Below are positions 45,339-55,108 of a stretch of DNA of 64,000 bases, one piece after another. The translations under genes were made by a program, and so were the position numbers. Position 1 is the first letter of the stretch. Every line of letters begins with the position of its first letter. This DNA comes from Spirochaetia bacterium (GTDB taxonomy: Bacteria > Spirochaetota > Spirochaetia > CADAEX01). The notes below the pieces were generated by a model. It saw only the letters and a list, made by a program, of their open reading frames with translations, did no database searches and had not been told where the DNA came from. The DNA lies in contig JAKSTW010000003.1 in NCBI GenBank assembly GCA_024402405.1, positions 10,003-74,002 of the forward strand, written 5' to 3'.

Positions 45339-46274
45339 TTATCTGGTTCGGATTAAAATTTTAGTTCCTGCTGAAATCTGATCACGGCTGGAAATGCCGT
45401 TGTCACGCATGATGTCAGTATAGCGGTATGGATCGCTGTAGAATTTTCTGGCCAGAGACCACAGTGTGTCTCCTTTCCTGATCGTGTACTGAGTGAAATC
45501 AGGCTTTTCCACAGAAACTGGCTCAGCTTCCTGGATGACCGCAGGCTGTGTCTCCTCCTGAACGGCGGCAGGCTGTGATGTTTCTGGAACAGGTTCAGGC
45601 ACCGCTGCCGGAAGTGTATCTGCCGGTGTTTCAGGAACAGCTGGCTCAGGCTGCACTGACTCTGGCTCCTGTGCCGGAACTGACGGATACAGAGGCTGCA
45701 TAGGACAGTTCTGAGGATGCCCTGGTGCATGATCGTGATAATGATAATAATGGTGGGCATGCTGTGCAGGCATGTCCTGGGTATCCGGAATGTTGATTAC
45801 GACCGGGCGGCTCATTATTGTGAAGAACATAAAGCATGTGAGTATCAGGATCATCATTATGATGGCTGCCAGTATAGCCTTGATTCCATGAAGATTGTTG
45901 TCCTGGCTTTTTTTATCAGGTTTTGCAGGCATAGGATCCATGGCCCGGTCATAATGACCTGGTGCAGGAATGTCTGTTCTCATGGCACTGACTGTACCTG
46001 ATATATTATCCTGAGCCTGGGCTTTCAGTGTCCTGCCATCAGTCTCCACATTCAGGCATATCTCGGAATTTCCGCTGCTGTCTGACTGTATTCTGTCCAG
46101 CTGCAGGGAGCCCAGATGATACTGCTCTGACAGATCGTTCTCATTGTATTGGAAAAAATCGATCTTGACCTTGTCCTGATTCTTATGAGCAGAGGTGAGT
46201 ATTATCTCCTTCTTTTCTAATCTTTCCTGAAAGATCGGGTAGAACTGTCCGTCAGCAGTTTTGATTCCTATCAT
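45339..46274 (-). CDS. membrane-anchored LysM-domain protein with a His/Tyr-rich and Pro-rich linker
   Basis: C-terminal LysM (YTIRKGDTLWSLARKFYSDPYRYTDIMRDNGISS..ISAGTKILI), one TM helix, and the HAHHYYHYHDHAPGHP tract. Start set at MIGIKT (AGGT SD); the track start 46301 has no SD. Confidence 0.7.
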   Translation of the reverse strand: MIGIKTADGQFYPIFQERLEKKEIILTSAHKNQDKVKIDFFQYNENDLSEQYHLGSLQLDRIQSDSSGNSEICLNVETDGRTLKAQAQDNISGTVSAMRTDIPAPGHYDRAMDPMPAKPDKKSQDNNLHGIKAILAAIIMMILILTCFMFFTIMSRPVVINIPDTQDMPAQHAHHYYHYHDHAPGHPQNCPMQPLYPSVPAQEPESVQPEPAVPETPADTLPAAVPEPVPETSQPAAVQEETQPAVIQEAEPVSVEKPDFTQYTIRKGDTLWSLARKFYSDPYRYTDIMRDNGISSRDQISAGTKILIRTR

Positions 46275-46350
46275 TATTATTACCTGTAAATAAAAATACA
46301 TTGCAATAGATAGGTTGTCAATATTATCTGATTTTTGATATTATTCAGGC

Positions 46351-47574
46351 ATGATAAAAATTAATGAAAATTATAAGAAATTGCAGACCTCATATCTTTT
46401 CTCAGATATTGCGAAAAGAGTTGCTGCATTTCAGAAAGAAAATCCGGATAAAGAGATCATCAGAATGGGTATCGGCGATGTGACTTTGCCGCTGGCTGAT
46501 GTATGTATCAGGGAGTTCCACAAAGGTGTGGATGATCTGGCTTCCAAGGCCACATTCAAGGGATATGGTCCGGAGCAGGGATATGAGTTCCTTCGTCAGG
46601 CCATAGCTGAGAATGATTTCCAGTCCCGTGGCGCTTCCATCAATGCAGATGAGATATTTGTCAGCGACGGTGCCAAGTGCGATACCGGAAACTTCCAGGA
46701 GCTTTTCTCCCAGGATGCTGTCATAGCAATTCCTGATCCTGTTTATCCAGTGTATGCTGATACTAACGTCATGGCCGGCAGAAGCGGTGATTTCATCAAC
46801 GGACGCTACAGCAGATATATCTATCTGGACTCCACAGAGGCCAACAATTATGTTCCAGACCTTCCTGCTCAGAGACCTGATGTGATCTATCTCTGTTTCC
46901 CAAATAACCCTACAGGTGCCACTGCCACAAAAGAGCAGCTGAAGAAATGGGTCGATTATGCAAAGAAAAACAAGGCTCTGATCCTGTTTGATGCAGCCTA
47001 CGAGTGCTTCATCCGCAATCCTGAGCTGCCTAAGTCTATTTTCGAGATTCCTGGGGCAGACGAAGTGGCTGTTGAGTTCAGAAGCTTTTCAAAGACTGCC
47101 GGATTCACAGGTGTCAGATGCGGTTTCATTGCCATTCCTAAGAAGTGTATGGTATGGGATGTCGAAGGAAAGGAGTATTCACTCCATGCACTGTGGAACA
47201 GAAGGCACAGCACCAAGTTCAACGGAGCTTCCTATCCGGTGCAGAGAGCTGCTGCGGCAGTTTACACACCAGAGGGAAAGGAGCAGGTGAAGGCCAACAT
47301 CGACTATTATCTGAAGAACGCAGCTATGATCAAGCAGGCTGTGATATCTGCCGGATACAGATGCACAGGCGGAGACAATTCACCTTATGTATGGGTGAAT
47401 ACACAGACAGATTCATGGAAATTCTTCGACAGACTGCTGCATGAATGCGGTATCGTGTGCACACCTGGCTCAGGCTTCGGCTCCTGTGGAAACGGATATG
47501 TGCGTTTCAGCGCATTCGGCTCCAGGGAGAACACTGAGAAGGCTATGGATAAACTGGTAAAATTCCTGAAATAA
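46351..47574 (+). CDS. dapL: LL-diaminopimelate aminotransferase
   Basis: [50 protein letters not shown] (PLP Lys), 407 aa. Confidence 0.85.
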   Translation: MIKINENYKKLQTSYLFSDIAKRVAAFQKENPDKEIIRMGIGDVTLPLADVCIREFHKGVDDLASKATFKGYGPEQGYEFLRQAIAENDFQSRGASINADEIFVSDGAKCDTGNFQELFSQDAVIAIPDPVYPVYADTNVMAGRSGDFINGRYSRYIYLDSTEANNYVPDLPAQRPDVIYLCFPNNPTGATATKEQLKKWVDYAKKNKALILFDAAYECFIRNPELPKSIFEIPGADEVAVEFRSFSKTAGFTGVRCGFIAIPKKCMVWDVEGKEYSLHALWNRRHSTKFNGASYPVQRAAAAVYTPEGKEQVKANIDYYLKNAAMIKQAVISAGYRCTGGDNSPYVWVNTQTDSWKFFDRLLHECGIVCTPGSGFGSCGNGYVRFSAFGSRENTEKAMDKLVKFLK

Positions 47575-47633
47575 TATTTACTGTTTGCCAGTTTCAGAGT
47601 AAAATGAACAAAATCAATTTTGGAGGAACCGAC

Positions 47634-48884
47634 ATGGGATTTTTTGATGACCATTTGAAAGATACAGATCCTGAAGTCTGGGCTGCAATTGAGCAGGAGA
47701 AAGCCAGACAGAACCACAATATCGAGCTTATCGCTTCTGAGAACAATGTTTCCAACGCAGTTCTTGAGGCAGATGGCTGTGTCATGACCAACAAATATGC
47801 TGAGGGATATCCTGGAAAGCGTTACTACGGCGGATGCTACTGCGTGGATATTGCAGAAGAGCTTGCCAGAGAGAGAGCAAAGAAACTCTTCGGATGCGAG
47901 TATGTCAACGTACAGCCTCATTCAGGTGCACAGGCCAACATGGCAGTGCAGTTCGCTATCCTGAAACCGGGTGACACAATGATGGGAATGAACCTGGCGC
48001 ATGGCGGACATCTTTCCCACGGCTCCCCAGTCAATTTCTCGGGAACATACTTCAACATCGTTCCTTACGGAGTTGACGAGACAGGTTTCATTGATTATGT
48101 GAAGGTAAGGGAGATCGCACTGGAGTGCAAGCCAAAGCTGATCATCGCAGGTGCTTCCGCTTATCCTAGAGTGATCGATTTCAAGAAATTCAGAGAGATC
48201 GCAGACGAGGTTGGAGCGATCCTGATGGTGGATATGGCTCACATTGCAGGTTTGGTGGCAGCAGGACTCCATCCTAGCCCGATTCCTTATGCACATGTTG
48301 TGACAACTACAACACATAAGACACTCCGCGGACCAAGAGGCGGAATGATTCTTTCCAGCCAGGCAGTGGCAGACCAGTTCAAGTTCAACAAATGCGTATT
48401 CCCTGGGATCCAGGGCGGTCCGCTGATGCATATCATCGCAGGAAAGGCAGTTGCTCTGGGTGAATGTCTGAAACCTGAGTTCAAGGCTTATGCGGCACAG
48501 ATCGTGGCAAATGCACAGGCACTGGCAAAAGAACTGCTGAACCAGGGATTCGCACTGGTTTCCGGTGGTACAGACAACCATCTGATGCTGGTCGATGTTT
48601 CAGTTCTGGGACTCACCGGAAAGGCTGTGGAGCAGGCTCTGGACAAAGCCGGAATTTCTGCAAACAAGAATGCAATTCCATTTGACAAGCAGAAACCTAC
48701 AATTACCAGCGGAATCAGAATCGGTACTCCTTCTGTGACAACAAGAGGAATGAAAGAGGCTGAGATGGTTCAGATCGCACGCTTCATCAAGAAGGCTTGT
48801 GACAATATTGACAATGACGAGGCACTGGCTGCACTGAAAGAGGAAGTATACGCTTTCACAGCAAAGTTCCCTATGTACCGCTAA
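47634..48884 (+). CDS. glyA: serine hydroxymethyltransferase
   Basis: [34 protein letters not shown]. Start at ATG 47634, 6 nt after GGAGGA; the track start at 47604 lacks an SD. Confidence 0.93.
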   Translation: MGFFDDHLKDTDPEVWAAIEQEKARQNHNIELIASENNVSNAVLEADGCVMTNKYAEGYPGKRYYGGCYCVDIAEELARERAKKLFGCEYVNVQPHSGAQANMAVQFAILKPGDTMMGMNLAHGGHLSHGSPVNFSGTYFNIVPYGVDETGFIDYVKVREIALECKPKLIIAGASAYPRVIDFKKFREIADEVGAILMVDMAHIAGLVAAGLHPSPIPYAHVVTTTTHKTLRGPRGGMILSSQAVADQFKFNKCVFPGIQGGPLMHIIAGKAVALGECLKPEFKAYAAQIVANAQALAKELLNQGFALVSGGTDNHLMLVDVSVLGLTGKAVEQALDKAGISANKNAIPFDKQKPTITSGIRIGTPSVTTRGMKEAEMVQIARFIKKACDNIDNDEALAALKEEVYAFTAKFPMYR

Positions 48885-48903
48885 GTAGCTGTGCACTGAA
48901 TAT

Positions 48904-48931
48904 AAAGGCACCCGCAGGGGTGCCTTTTTTT
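48904..48931 (+). terminator. rho-independent terminator after glyA
   Basis: AAAGGCACCC-GCAG-GGGTGCCTTT followed by a T-run. Confidence 0.85.
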
Positions 48932-49006
48932 ATTTCTGCTGACGAATGCATTATTGCTCCAGCGACCTATGTTGCTGTGGATTTGACGGTGCAGAGTATG
49001 AAGATC

Positions 49007-49672
49007 CTAGAAGAAATATTTTATGAAGTTTGATATGTCCCGGTCGTATATGTCAGCCAGGGATCTTATCTGATCCTGACAGCCTGGGGTGTCTGATGTC
49101 TTGTCATACAATGCTGCCACGTGGAATCCTGCTCCCTTGGCAGTCCTGATGGCATACAGCGCGTCCTCGAATACCCAGGTGGAATCCACAGATCTGCCCA
49201 GCTTCTCCTGTGCCTGAAAGAATATTCCGCTGCTGTTCTTGTCACTTACTGCATCACGGCCTGTGAGTATGAAGTCGAAGTAGTTCTCCAGCCCGGTTCT
49301 CTTCAGACCTGCCTCTATCAGTGGCATGTCTGTGGCAGTGACCATACAGCATGGAATATCATGCTGCTTCACACAGTCCAGAAATTCTTTTGCACCTGGT
49401 TTCAGCTCCACCTGGTTCTGGTAAAAATCCAGCATCAGGTTGTTCAGTGAATCTTCTATCTCTTTGGCAGAGATGGACACACCCAGTTCTTCCCTCAGGA
49501 TTTTTGCCATGCGCACTACGCTGAGTGCGCATAGTCTGGTCATAAGTCCTCCGCTGGTGTCTACTCCTATTTTTTCCAGAAAGCGTACACCCACCTGATT
49601 CCACATTTCCATGGAGTCCAGCAGTGTGCCATCCATATCTAGGATTGCGGCGGAGAGTTTGAATTTTTTCAT
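49007..49672 (-). CDS. HAD-superfamily hydrolase (subfamily IA-like)
   Basis: AAILDMDGTLLDS motif I, VTAT motif II, C-terminal ED motif. Confidence 0.8.
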   Translation of the reverse strand: MKKFKLSAAILDMDGTLLDSMEMWNQVGVRFLEKIGVDTSGGLMTRLCALSVVRMAKILREELGVSISAKEIEDSLNNLMLDFYQNQVELKPGAKEFLDCVKQHDIPCCMVTATDMPLIEAGLKRTGLENYFDFILTGRDAVSDKNSSGIFFQAQEKLGRSVDSTWVFEDALYAIRTAKGAGFHVAALYDKTSDTPGCQDQIRSLADIYDRDISNFIKYFF

Positions 49673-49674
49673 TG

Positions 49675-50316
49675 TCAGGCCTTGAATTTCTTTGTCCAGC
49701 CTGGATCCTTGAAAAACGCCGATCCTGTGGCCAGAACATCAACGCCTGCATCCACCAGCATCTGTGCATTGCCTGCACCTACACCGCCGTCTACAGACAC
49801 CAGATAATCATATCCTTTCTCTTCCTTCAGTCTGGCAAGCTGTGTGATCTTTTTCACGCATCCTGGGATCAGTTTCTGTCCGCCGAATCCAGGGTTCACA
49901 GTCATGACCAGCACCAGATCCAGGTCGCCCAGAACTTCCTCTATGGCACTGACAGGAGTTGATGGCACTATGCTGATTCCTGCTTTCTTGCCCAGCTCTT
50001 TGATCCTGTATATGAGCCTGTGGATATGGGTGCAGGCCTCTGCATGGAATGTGATGTAGTCTGCCCCTGTCTTTCCGAATTCTTCTACGAAAAATTCTGG
50101 GTTCTCGACCATCATGTGCACATCGAAGATCAGGTCTGAGTGTGGGCGCATATCGTCTACGAATTTAGGTCCGAAAGTCATGTTCGGGACAAAGTGACCG
50201 TCCATGATGTCCAGATGGACCCAGTCTCCGCCATTATTCTTAACAAAATCCAGTGATTCCCTTATTTTGCTGAAATCTGATGCCAGCATTGAAGGGGCAA
50301 TTATTATATTTTTCAT
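49675..50316 (-). CDS. rpe: ribulose-phosphate 3-epimerase
   Basis: IAPSMLASDF, HLDIMDGHFVPN, HMMV, MTVNPGFGGQ, VDGG. Confidence 0.93.
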   Translation of the reverse strand: MKNIIIAPSMLASDFSKIRESLDFVKNNGGDWVHLDIMDGHFVPNMTFGPKFVDDMRPHSDLIFDVHMMVENPEFFVEEFGKTGADYITFHAEACTHIHRLIYRIKELGKKAGISIVPSTPVSAIEEVLGDLDLVLVMTVNPGFGGQKLIPGCVKKITQLARLKEEKGYDYLVSVDGGVGAGNAQMLVDAGVDVLATGSAFFKDPGWTKKFKA

Positions 50317-50399
50317 GGTTTGATTTTAGCCCGAAAGTGGTATTTTTTCAATAGCCGTATACATTGACCCATGGTGGCATATATGATTGAATACAGAAT

Positions 50400-51635
50400 A
50401 TGAATGCATGGAAAAGGTGGGACAGGTTTCTGAATGTGTTCAGCTGGGTAGTGCTGGGCGCTGAGATCGTTTATGTTGGGCTGCGTCTGGTGCTGCCTGA
50501 TGGTATGTTTGCAGATATCGACAGTGTCATGGCATGGATCCTTCCTGTGCTTCTGGCTGGTGCTGTGGGATATATCACCAACTGGCTGGCACTCTGGTAT
50601 CTGTTCAAGCCTTATGAACCTCATTGGGGCGGCCGCATCCAGGGTATCATACCGCGGCAGAAGAACAAGATGGCAGTATCTCTGGGAGATATGGTCGGGA
50701 AAAGGCTCCTGAATCCTGATGCTCTGGTTGAGGAGATGAAGGGTGAGGTGCTTGCCTTTGTGAATGATCCTAGCCGTATGACGATGCTGAGGGAGGGACT
50801 GCAGAAATATCTGCTGGAGCATGAGGGTGAGATCGTGGAGTTTGTGACACCGTATGTTGAGCGTCAGGTCTTTGATGTGATCGACAGTGCCGCTACTGAT
50901 GATACCTGGGGAATGATCTGGGATGAGGGGATCCTTCCCAGAATCCGCAATGAGAAGTCCCGTTCCTTTGTGGTGGACCGGCTGGTGGATGCATTGCGGG
51001 AGAATGCCGGGGGCATCATCGAAGAGGTGCGCCATGAGCTGCGTATATTTCTCCACGACAAAATTGAGGAGCATCCTGTGCTGCGTCTTTTCTCAAAACC
51101 GCTTACAGATTATGTCATGACCAATTTTGCGGACTACAACAGCATGAAGTCCAAGCTTGACGGCTGGCTGCTGCGTGAGGAGACCCAGGAGATGCTCCGC
51201 GGCAAGCTTCTGGAGTATGCTGACCAGCTGACTGTATGGATGAAGGGTGCCGAGGGACGTCAGATCATGGGGGGCGTAGTGCGTGAGCTGAAAATACGTG
51301 GCAAACGGTTCCTTGGCAGATATATCAGGGAAAGGATGCCTGATGTGATCGACAGGGCATTTGCTTCTGAATTCCTCCGTGACAGGATCGAGCATGTTGC
51401 ATTGCCAAGGGTTGGAAACAGACTGGTGCAGCTGATAGGGGACAACAAGCAGGCTATTCTGGACAAGCTCAGGCTGGAGCAGCGTGTGACTGATGCTGTG
51501 AATGGAATGGATGTTCCTACGTTTCATCAGACCCTGAACGACTTTATGGCTGAGAATTTCTGTGCAGTGCAGGTGCTGGGCTTTGTGATAGGCTCAGCAG
51601 TCGGAGCCATTCAGCTTCTGGCTAAGATCAGGTAA
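50400..51635 (+). CDS. DUF445-family membrane protein
   Basis: GYITNWLALWYLFKPYEP near the N-terminus, a long helical middle region and a C-terminal TM helix; 411 aa. Confidence 0.6.
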   Translation: MNAWKRWDRFLNVFSWVVLGAEIVYVGLRLVLPDGMFADIDSVMAWILPVLLAGAVGYITNWLALWYLFKPYEPHWGGRIQGIIPRQKNKMAVSLGDMVGKRLLNPDALVEEMKGEVLAFVNDPSRMTMLREGLQKYLLEHEGEIVEFVTPYVERQVFDVIDSAATDDTWGMIWDEGILPRIRNEKSRSFVVDRLVDALRENAGGIIEEVRHELRIFLHDKIEEHPVLRLFSKPLTDYVMTNFADYNSMKSKLDGWLLREETQEMLRGKLLEYADQLTVWMKGAEGRQIMGGVVRELKIRGKRFLGRYIRERMPDVIDRAFASEFLRDRIEHVALPRVGNRLVQLIGDNKQAILDKLRLEQRVTDAVNGMDVPTFHQTLNDFMAENFCAVQVLGFVIGSAVGAIQLLAKIR

Positions 51636-51654
51636 TTGATATTATTTGTTCTGA

Positions 51655-51690
51655 TAAAAAAATCCCCTGCCAGATGCAGGGGATTTTTAT
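51655..51690. terminator. bidirectional rho-independent terminator
   Basis: AATCCCCTGC-CAGAT-GCAGGGGATT flanked by an A-run and a T-run, between convergent genes. Confidence 0.85.
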
Positions 51691-51718
51691 TTCTGACCGG
51701 TCTTTTAGGACTTTCGGA

Positions 51719-52546
51719 TCATTTGAGCTCTTCGATAGCCTTCAGGTTGGCAGGGAGGAACTTGCCTTCCAGGAACTCAACCATACCCTGGTCACATGCT
51801 CTTGCAATGACAGGATTCATAGGGAGACGGTCTGTCACTTCAATTCCGAATTTCTTGGCAACTTCAGGCAGATGGCTGTCGCCGAATACCTTGATCTCCT
51901 TTCCGCAGTCAGGGCACTTAACATAGCTCATATTTTCCACCAGACCAAGAATAGGGATATCCATCATTTTGGCCATATTCACAGCTTTCTCCACGATCAT
52001 GGAAACCAATTCCTGCGGTGATGTCACGATAATGATTCCGTCCACAGGAATGCTCTGGAATACTGTGAGAGCTACATCTCCTGTTCCTGGAGGCATATCG
52101 ATGAACATATAGTCAATGTCGCCCCAGATAACATCTGTCCAGAACTGCTTTACTGCTCCTGCAATGACCGGACCTCTCCAGATCACAGGATCTGACTCAT
52201 TATCCAGCAGCAGGTTCAGAGACATAAGCTTGACACCTGTCTTGCTTGTTACAGGAAGGAATCCTGATCCATCCTGCTTAGGGTGATCTTCTGTACCGAA
52301 AGCCTTAGGAATGGAAGGTCCTGTGATATCTGCATCCAGAACAGCGGTCTTATATCCTTTGTTGTTCATCATAACAGCCAGGACTGAAGTGATGAGTGAT
52401 TTTCCTACACCACCTTTTCCGCTGACTACTGCAATTACTTTCTTGATGTGTGAAAGCTCATGAGGCTTTTCCAGCAGGCTCTGCTGCTCTTTTCTTTCGC
52501 CGCATTCACTGCCGCAGCTTGCGCAATCATGATTACATTCAGCCAT
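51719..52546 (-). CDS. mrp: Mrp/NBP35-family Fe-S cluster carrier ATPase
   Basis: VVSGKGGVGKS deviant Walker A, a CPDCG motif and an N-terminal Cys-rich tail (CNHDCASCGSEC). Confidence 0.85.
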   Translation of the reverse strand: MAECNHDCASCGSECGERKEQQSLLEKPHELSHIKKVIAVVSGKGGVGKSLITSVLAVMMNNKGYKTAVLDADITGPSIPKAFGTEDHPKQDGSGFLPVTSKTGVKLMSLNLLLDNESDPVIWRGPVIAGAVKQFWTDVIWGDIDYMFIDMPPGTGDVALTVFQSIPVDGIIIVTSPQELVSMIVEKAVNMAKMMDIPILGLVENMSYVKCPDCGKEIKVFGDSHLPEVAKKFGIEVTDRLPMNPVIARACDQGMVEFLEGKFLPANLKAIEELK

Positions 52547-52582
52547 TTTTTTAACTCCGTTTTTATTATTGTCGTATAAAGA

Positions 52583-53554
52583 TTACTTCTTTACCTGGAA
52601 ATTTACAAGTTCCCTGTTGTCCACTGAAAGTACCAGTGTACTTCCATCCTCCACAAAATAAGGTATGGATATGATTCCGCCCTTATGTTTTATTGTGAAA
52701 ATCTCGGTCCTTTCTCCGAATGGTGAGATGATCTCATATTTCAGCGACATTTTTACAGGATAGTCCGGAATCGTCCTTTCCAGAATTCCGAACACCTTTG
52801 TCCCATCCGGCTCAGGATCGGTCATTGTCAGCTGCAGCATGGTTCCCTTAGGTACCTGTGTCTTGGCCTCCGGTGTCTGGGCAATGACAGTTCCTTTCTT
52901 CTCATTGGCTTTCGCTTCTTTTGCCACAAAAGTGAAAGGAATGTTCATTGAAGCTGCCTTGGTTATGGCTGTCTGGAAATCCATGCCTATAAATCCAGGT
53001 ATCTCCTCCATGGATTCACCCGGTCCACGGCTGACTACCAGTTCCAGTTCTGTGAAGCTGGTAAGAGGCTCGCCTGGCTCAGGTTTCTGCTGGAGTATGG
53101 TTCCCTCAGGCGATGAGTCATGGATCTGAACCAGCGGCTCCTTTATGTTCAGGACTGTTCCATAGGTGGCGAATATTGACATGAGGTGGCTTCTCAGATC
53201 TTTTATATTCCAGCCCCGGTAATCGTCGATCTTGTCGATGATGGTTCCACGGCTGACATCCAGTGTAACGTAACTGCCTGCCCTGAGTATGGAACCCGGC
53301 TGGGGTTTCTGCTCCAGGATTTTTCCTCTGTCTCCCGGATCTGATGAGTATTTCAGCTGTATCTTGGTGTTGAGTCCTTTCTCCTGGATGGAAATAAGGG
53401 CATCTTCCAGCTGGAATCCTGCCACATCCGGCACTGTTGTTATCTCGTTGCCGCGCATCATCAGGAGGAATCCTGCAATGCCTGATACACCTATGAGTAT
53501 TATCACTCCCAGCAGTGTGAGTGCCAGGATCCTGAATTGTTTCTTGTCGCTCAT
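52583..53554 (-). CDS. membrane-anchored PASTA-repeat protein (no kinase or PBP domain)
   Basis: N-terminal TM helix, then repeated PASTA-like units (VPDVAGFQLEDALISIQEKGL.., IDDYRGWNIKDLRSHL.., IPGFIGMDFQTAITKA..), plus a ~90-aa C-terminal beta-rich region. Confidence 0.65.
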   Translation of the reverse strand: MSDKKQFRILALTLLGVIILIGVSGIAGFLLMMRGNEITTVPDVAGFQLEDALISIQEKGLNTKIQLKYSSDPGDRGKILEQKPQPGSILRAGSYVTLDVSRGTIIDKIDDYRGWNIKDLRSHLMSIFATYGTVLNIKEPLVQIHDSSPEGTILQQKPEPGEPLTSFTELELVVSRGPGESMEEIPGFIGMDFQTAITKAASMNIPFTFVAKEAKANEKKGTVIAQTPEAKTQVPKGTMLQLTMTDPEPDGTKVFGILERTIPDYPVKMSLKYEIISPFGERTEIFTIKHKGGIISIPYFVEDGSTLVLSVDNRELVNFQVKK

Positions 53555-54510
53555 GTTATGTCTCCAAGTACTGTGCCTGTGAAATTTTTGGCTCCGTTCA
53601 GGAAAGATTTCCAGTCCATCTCATTCTTTGCCTGTGGTTTCACTCTTTCCACTGCCAGAAGTCCCTTTCCTGTCTGTATTATTATTCCCCGTCCCTTATC
53701 TGTTCCCAGGACAGTTCCAGGCTGTACGCTCTCATCTCTGAAAGCTGTTCCTGCATAGACTGACGCCTTTGTTATGGTCAGAGTCCTGTCTCCTGCCTGA
53801 GTGTAAGTTCCTGGCCATGGGAAAAATCCCCTGATATTCTGCTCTATGGCTGCCACATCCAGTTTCCAGTCTATCTTTCCTTCTTCCTTGGAGATGATCC
53901 TGCAGTAAGTGGCCATGGAATCATCCTGCGGATTGCCTGAAAGTGTGCCTGTCTGCAGTTTTGTGATGAATTCAGGGATCATTGCTGCTGTTTTTGCTGC
54001 CACATCCTCAGACAGGGACTGTGCTGTTTCTGTGCCGTCCAGTGGAAATCTCATCTGCATTACGATATCACCGCTGTCCATCTTCAGTGCCATTTTCTGT
54101 ATGGATATGCCTGTTTCCCGGTCTCCTGCAAGTATGGCTGCGTTGATGGGAGATGCTCCTCTGTGCCGTGGCAGAAGGGAAGGATGTATGTTGAATGCTC
54201 CACCAGTAAAAATTGAGAGGAAATTTTCTCTGAATATCTTGCCGTAAGCAAATGTTATCAGCGTGTCAAATCCCTTTGTTCTGATCTCCTGGATAAGCTC
54301 GCCGCTGATGGACTCCGGCTGGAATATCTCCAGACCGTGTTCCAGCGCAAACTGCTTGACCGGTGATGGCTCCGGGATCCTTTTGCGTCCTGAGGGACGG
54401 TCAGGATTTGTCAGCACTGCTGCTGTGAGCCCTGTCTCTGTCAGTGCTGCAAGAGCTGGCACTGCTATGGCTGGAGTTCCTGCAAAGAGTATCTTCATCT
54501 GTTTTGGCAT
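53551..54510 (-). CDS. fmt: methionyl-tRNA formyltransferase
   Basis: ILFAGTP, NIHPSLLPRHRGASPI, C-terminal Formyl_trans_C-like region. Confidence 0.92.
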   Translation of the reverse strand: MPKQMKILFAGTPAIAVPALAALTETGLTAAVLTNPDRPSGRKRIPEPSPVKQFALEHGLEIFQPESISGELIQEIRTKGFDTLITFAYGKIFRENFLSIFTGGAFNIHPSLLPRHRGASPINAAILAGDRETGISIQKMALKMDSGDIVMQMRFPLDGTETAQSLSEDVAAKTAAMIPEFITKLQTGTLSGNPQDDSMATYCRIISKEEGKIDWKLDVAAIEQNIRGFFPWPGTYTQAGDRTLTITKASVYAGTAFRDESVQPGTVLGTDKGRGIIIQTGKGLLAVERVKPQAKNEMDWKSFLNGAKNFTGTVLGDIT

Positions 54511-54989
54511 TTCCTTTCGTACTGGCTGATGACTTTGTTCCGTTCATTGGCGGAGAGCCTGTCAGTGAAAAGATGTCCGTTCAGATGATCATATTCATGA
54601 AGAATGATCCTGGCCAGCCATCCCTCGGCATGGAATCTGAATATCTTGCCCTTTGTATCCTGGGCCTGGAGACTGACAGCCACCGGACGGGACACTTTTG
54701 CCCACACGCCCGGGAGACTGAGACAGCCTTCCTCTCCTGATACCATTTCCTGTGCAGTCTCGATTATTTCCGGATTGATGAATATTCTTGGAATGTCATC
54801 TGCTGCCTCTGTCACAAAAAAGCGCTCTGATATTCCGACCTGCGGCGCTGCCAGACCCACTCCGGCTTTCTCACGCATAAGGCGGAACATCTCATTGACT
54901 GTATCTTCAAGCTCCTGATCGAATTCTGTCACAGGTTTTGCCTTCTGTCTTAAAATCTCATTTCCTAATGTAACAACTTCTAAACTCAT
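54495..54989 (-). CDS. def: peptide deformylase
   Basis: GVGLAAPQ, EGCLS and HEYDHL metal motifs. Start at ATG 54989 (AGGTG SD 5 nt upstream); the track's TTG extension to 55022 is unsupported. Confidence 0.92.
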   Translation of the reverse strand: MSLEVVTLGNEILRQKAKPVTEFDQELEDTVNEMFRLMREKAGVGLAAPQVGISERFFVTEAADDIPRIFINPEIIETAQEMVSGEEGCLSLPGVWAKVSRPVAVSLQAQDTKGKIFRFHAEGWLARIILHEYDHLNGHLFTDRLSANERNKVISQYERKCQNR

Positions 54990-55046
54990 AATGCACCTGA
55001 TGATATGATATACTTTCTTCAATAAATGGACAAGGTGAAGTCACTA

Positions 55047-55075
55047 TTGCATTATAAAGAAAAATCAGATAAAAT
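55047..55075 (+). promoter_or_regulatory. candidate prfB promoter (TTGCAT-N17-TAAAAT)
   Basis: Same -35 hexamer and 17-nt spacing as the lysR and V-ATPase candidate promoters, 34 nt upstream of the prfB ATG. Confidence 0.4.
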
Positions 55076-55108
55076 TACTTGAATATGCAAATTTTTTGGA
55101 GGTATTAG

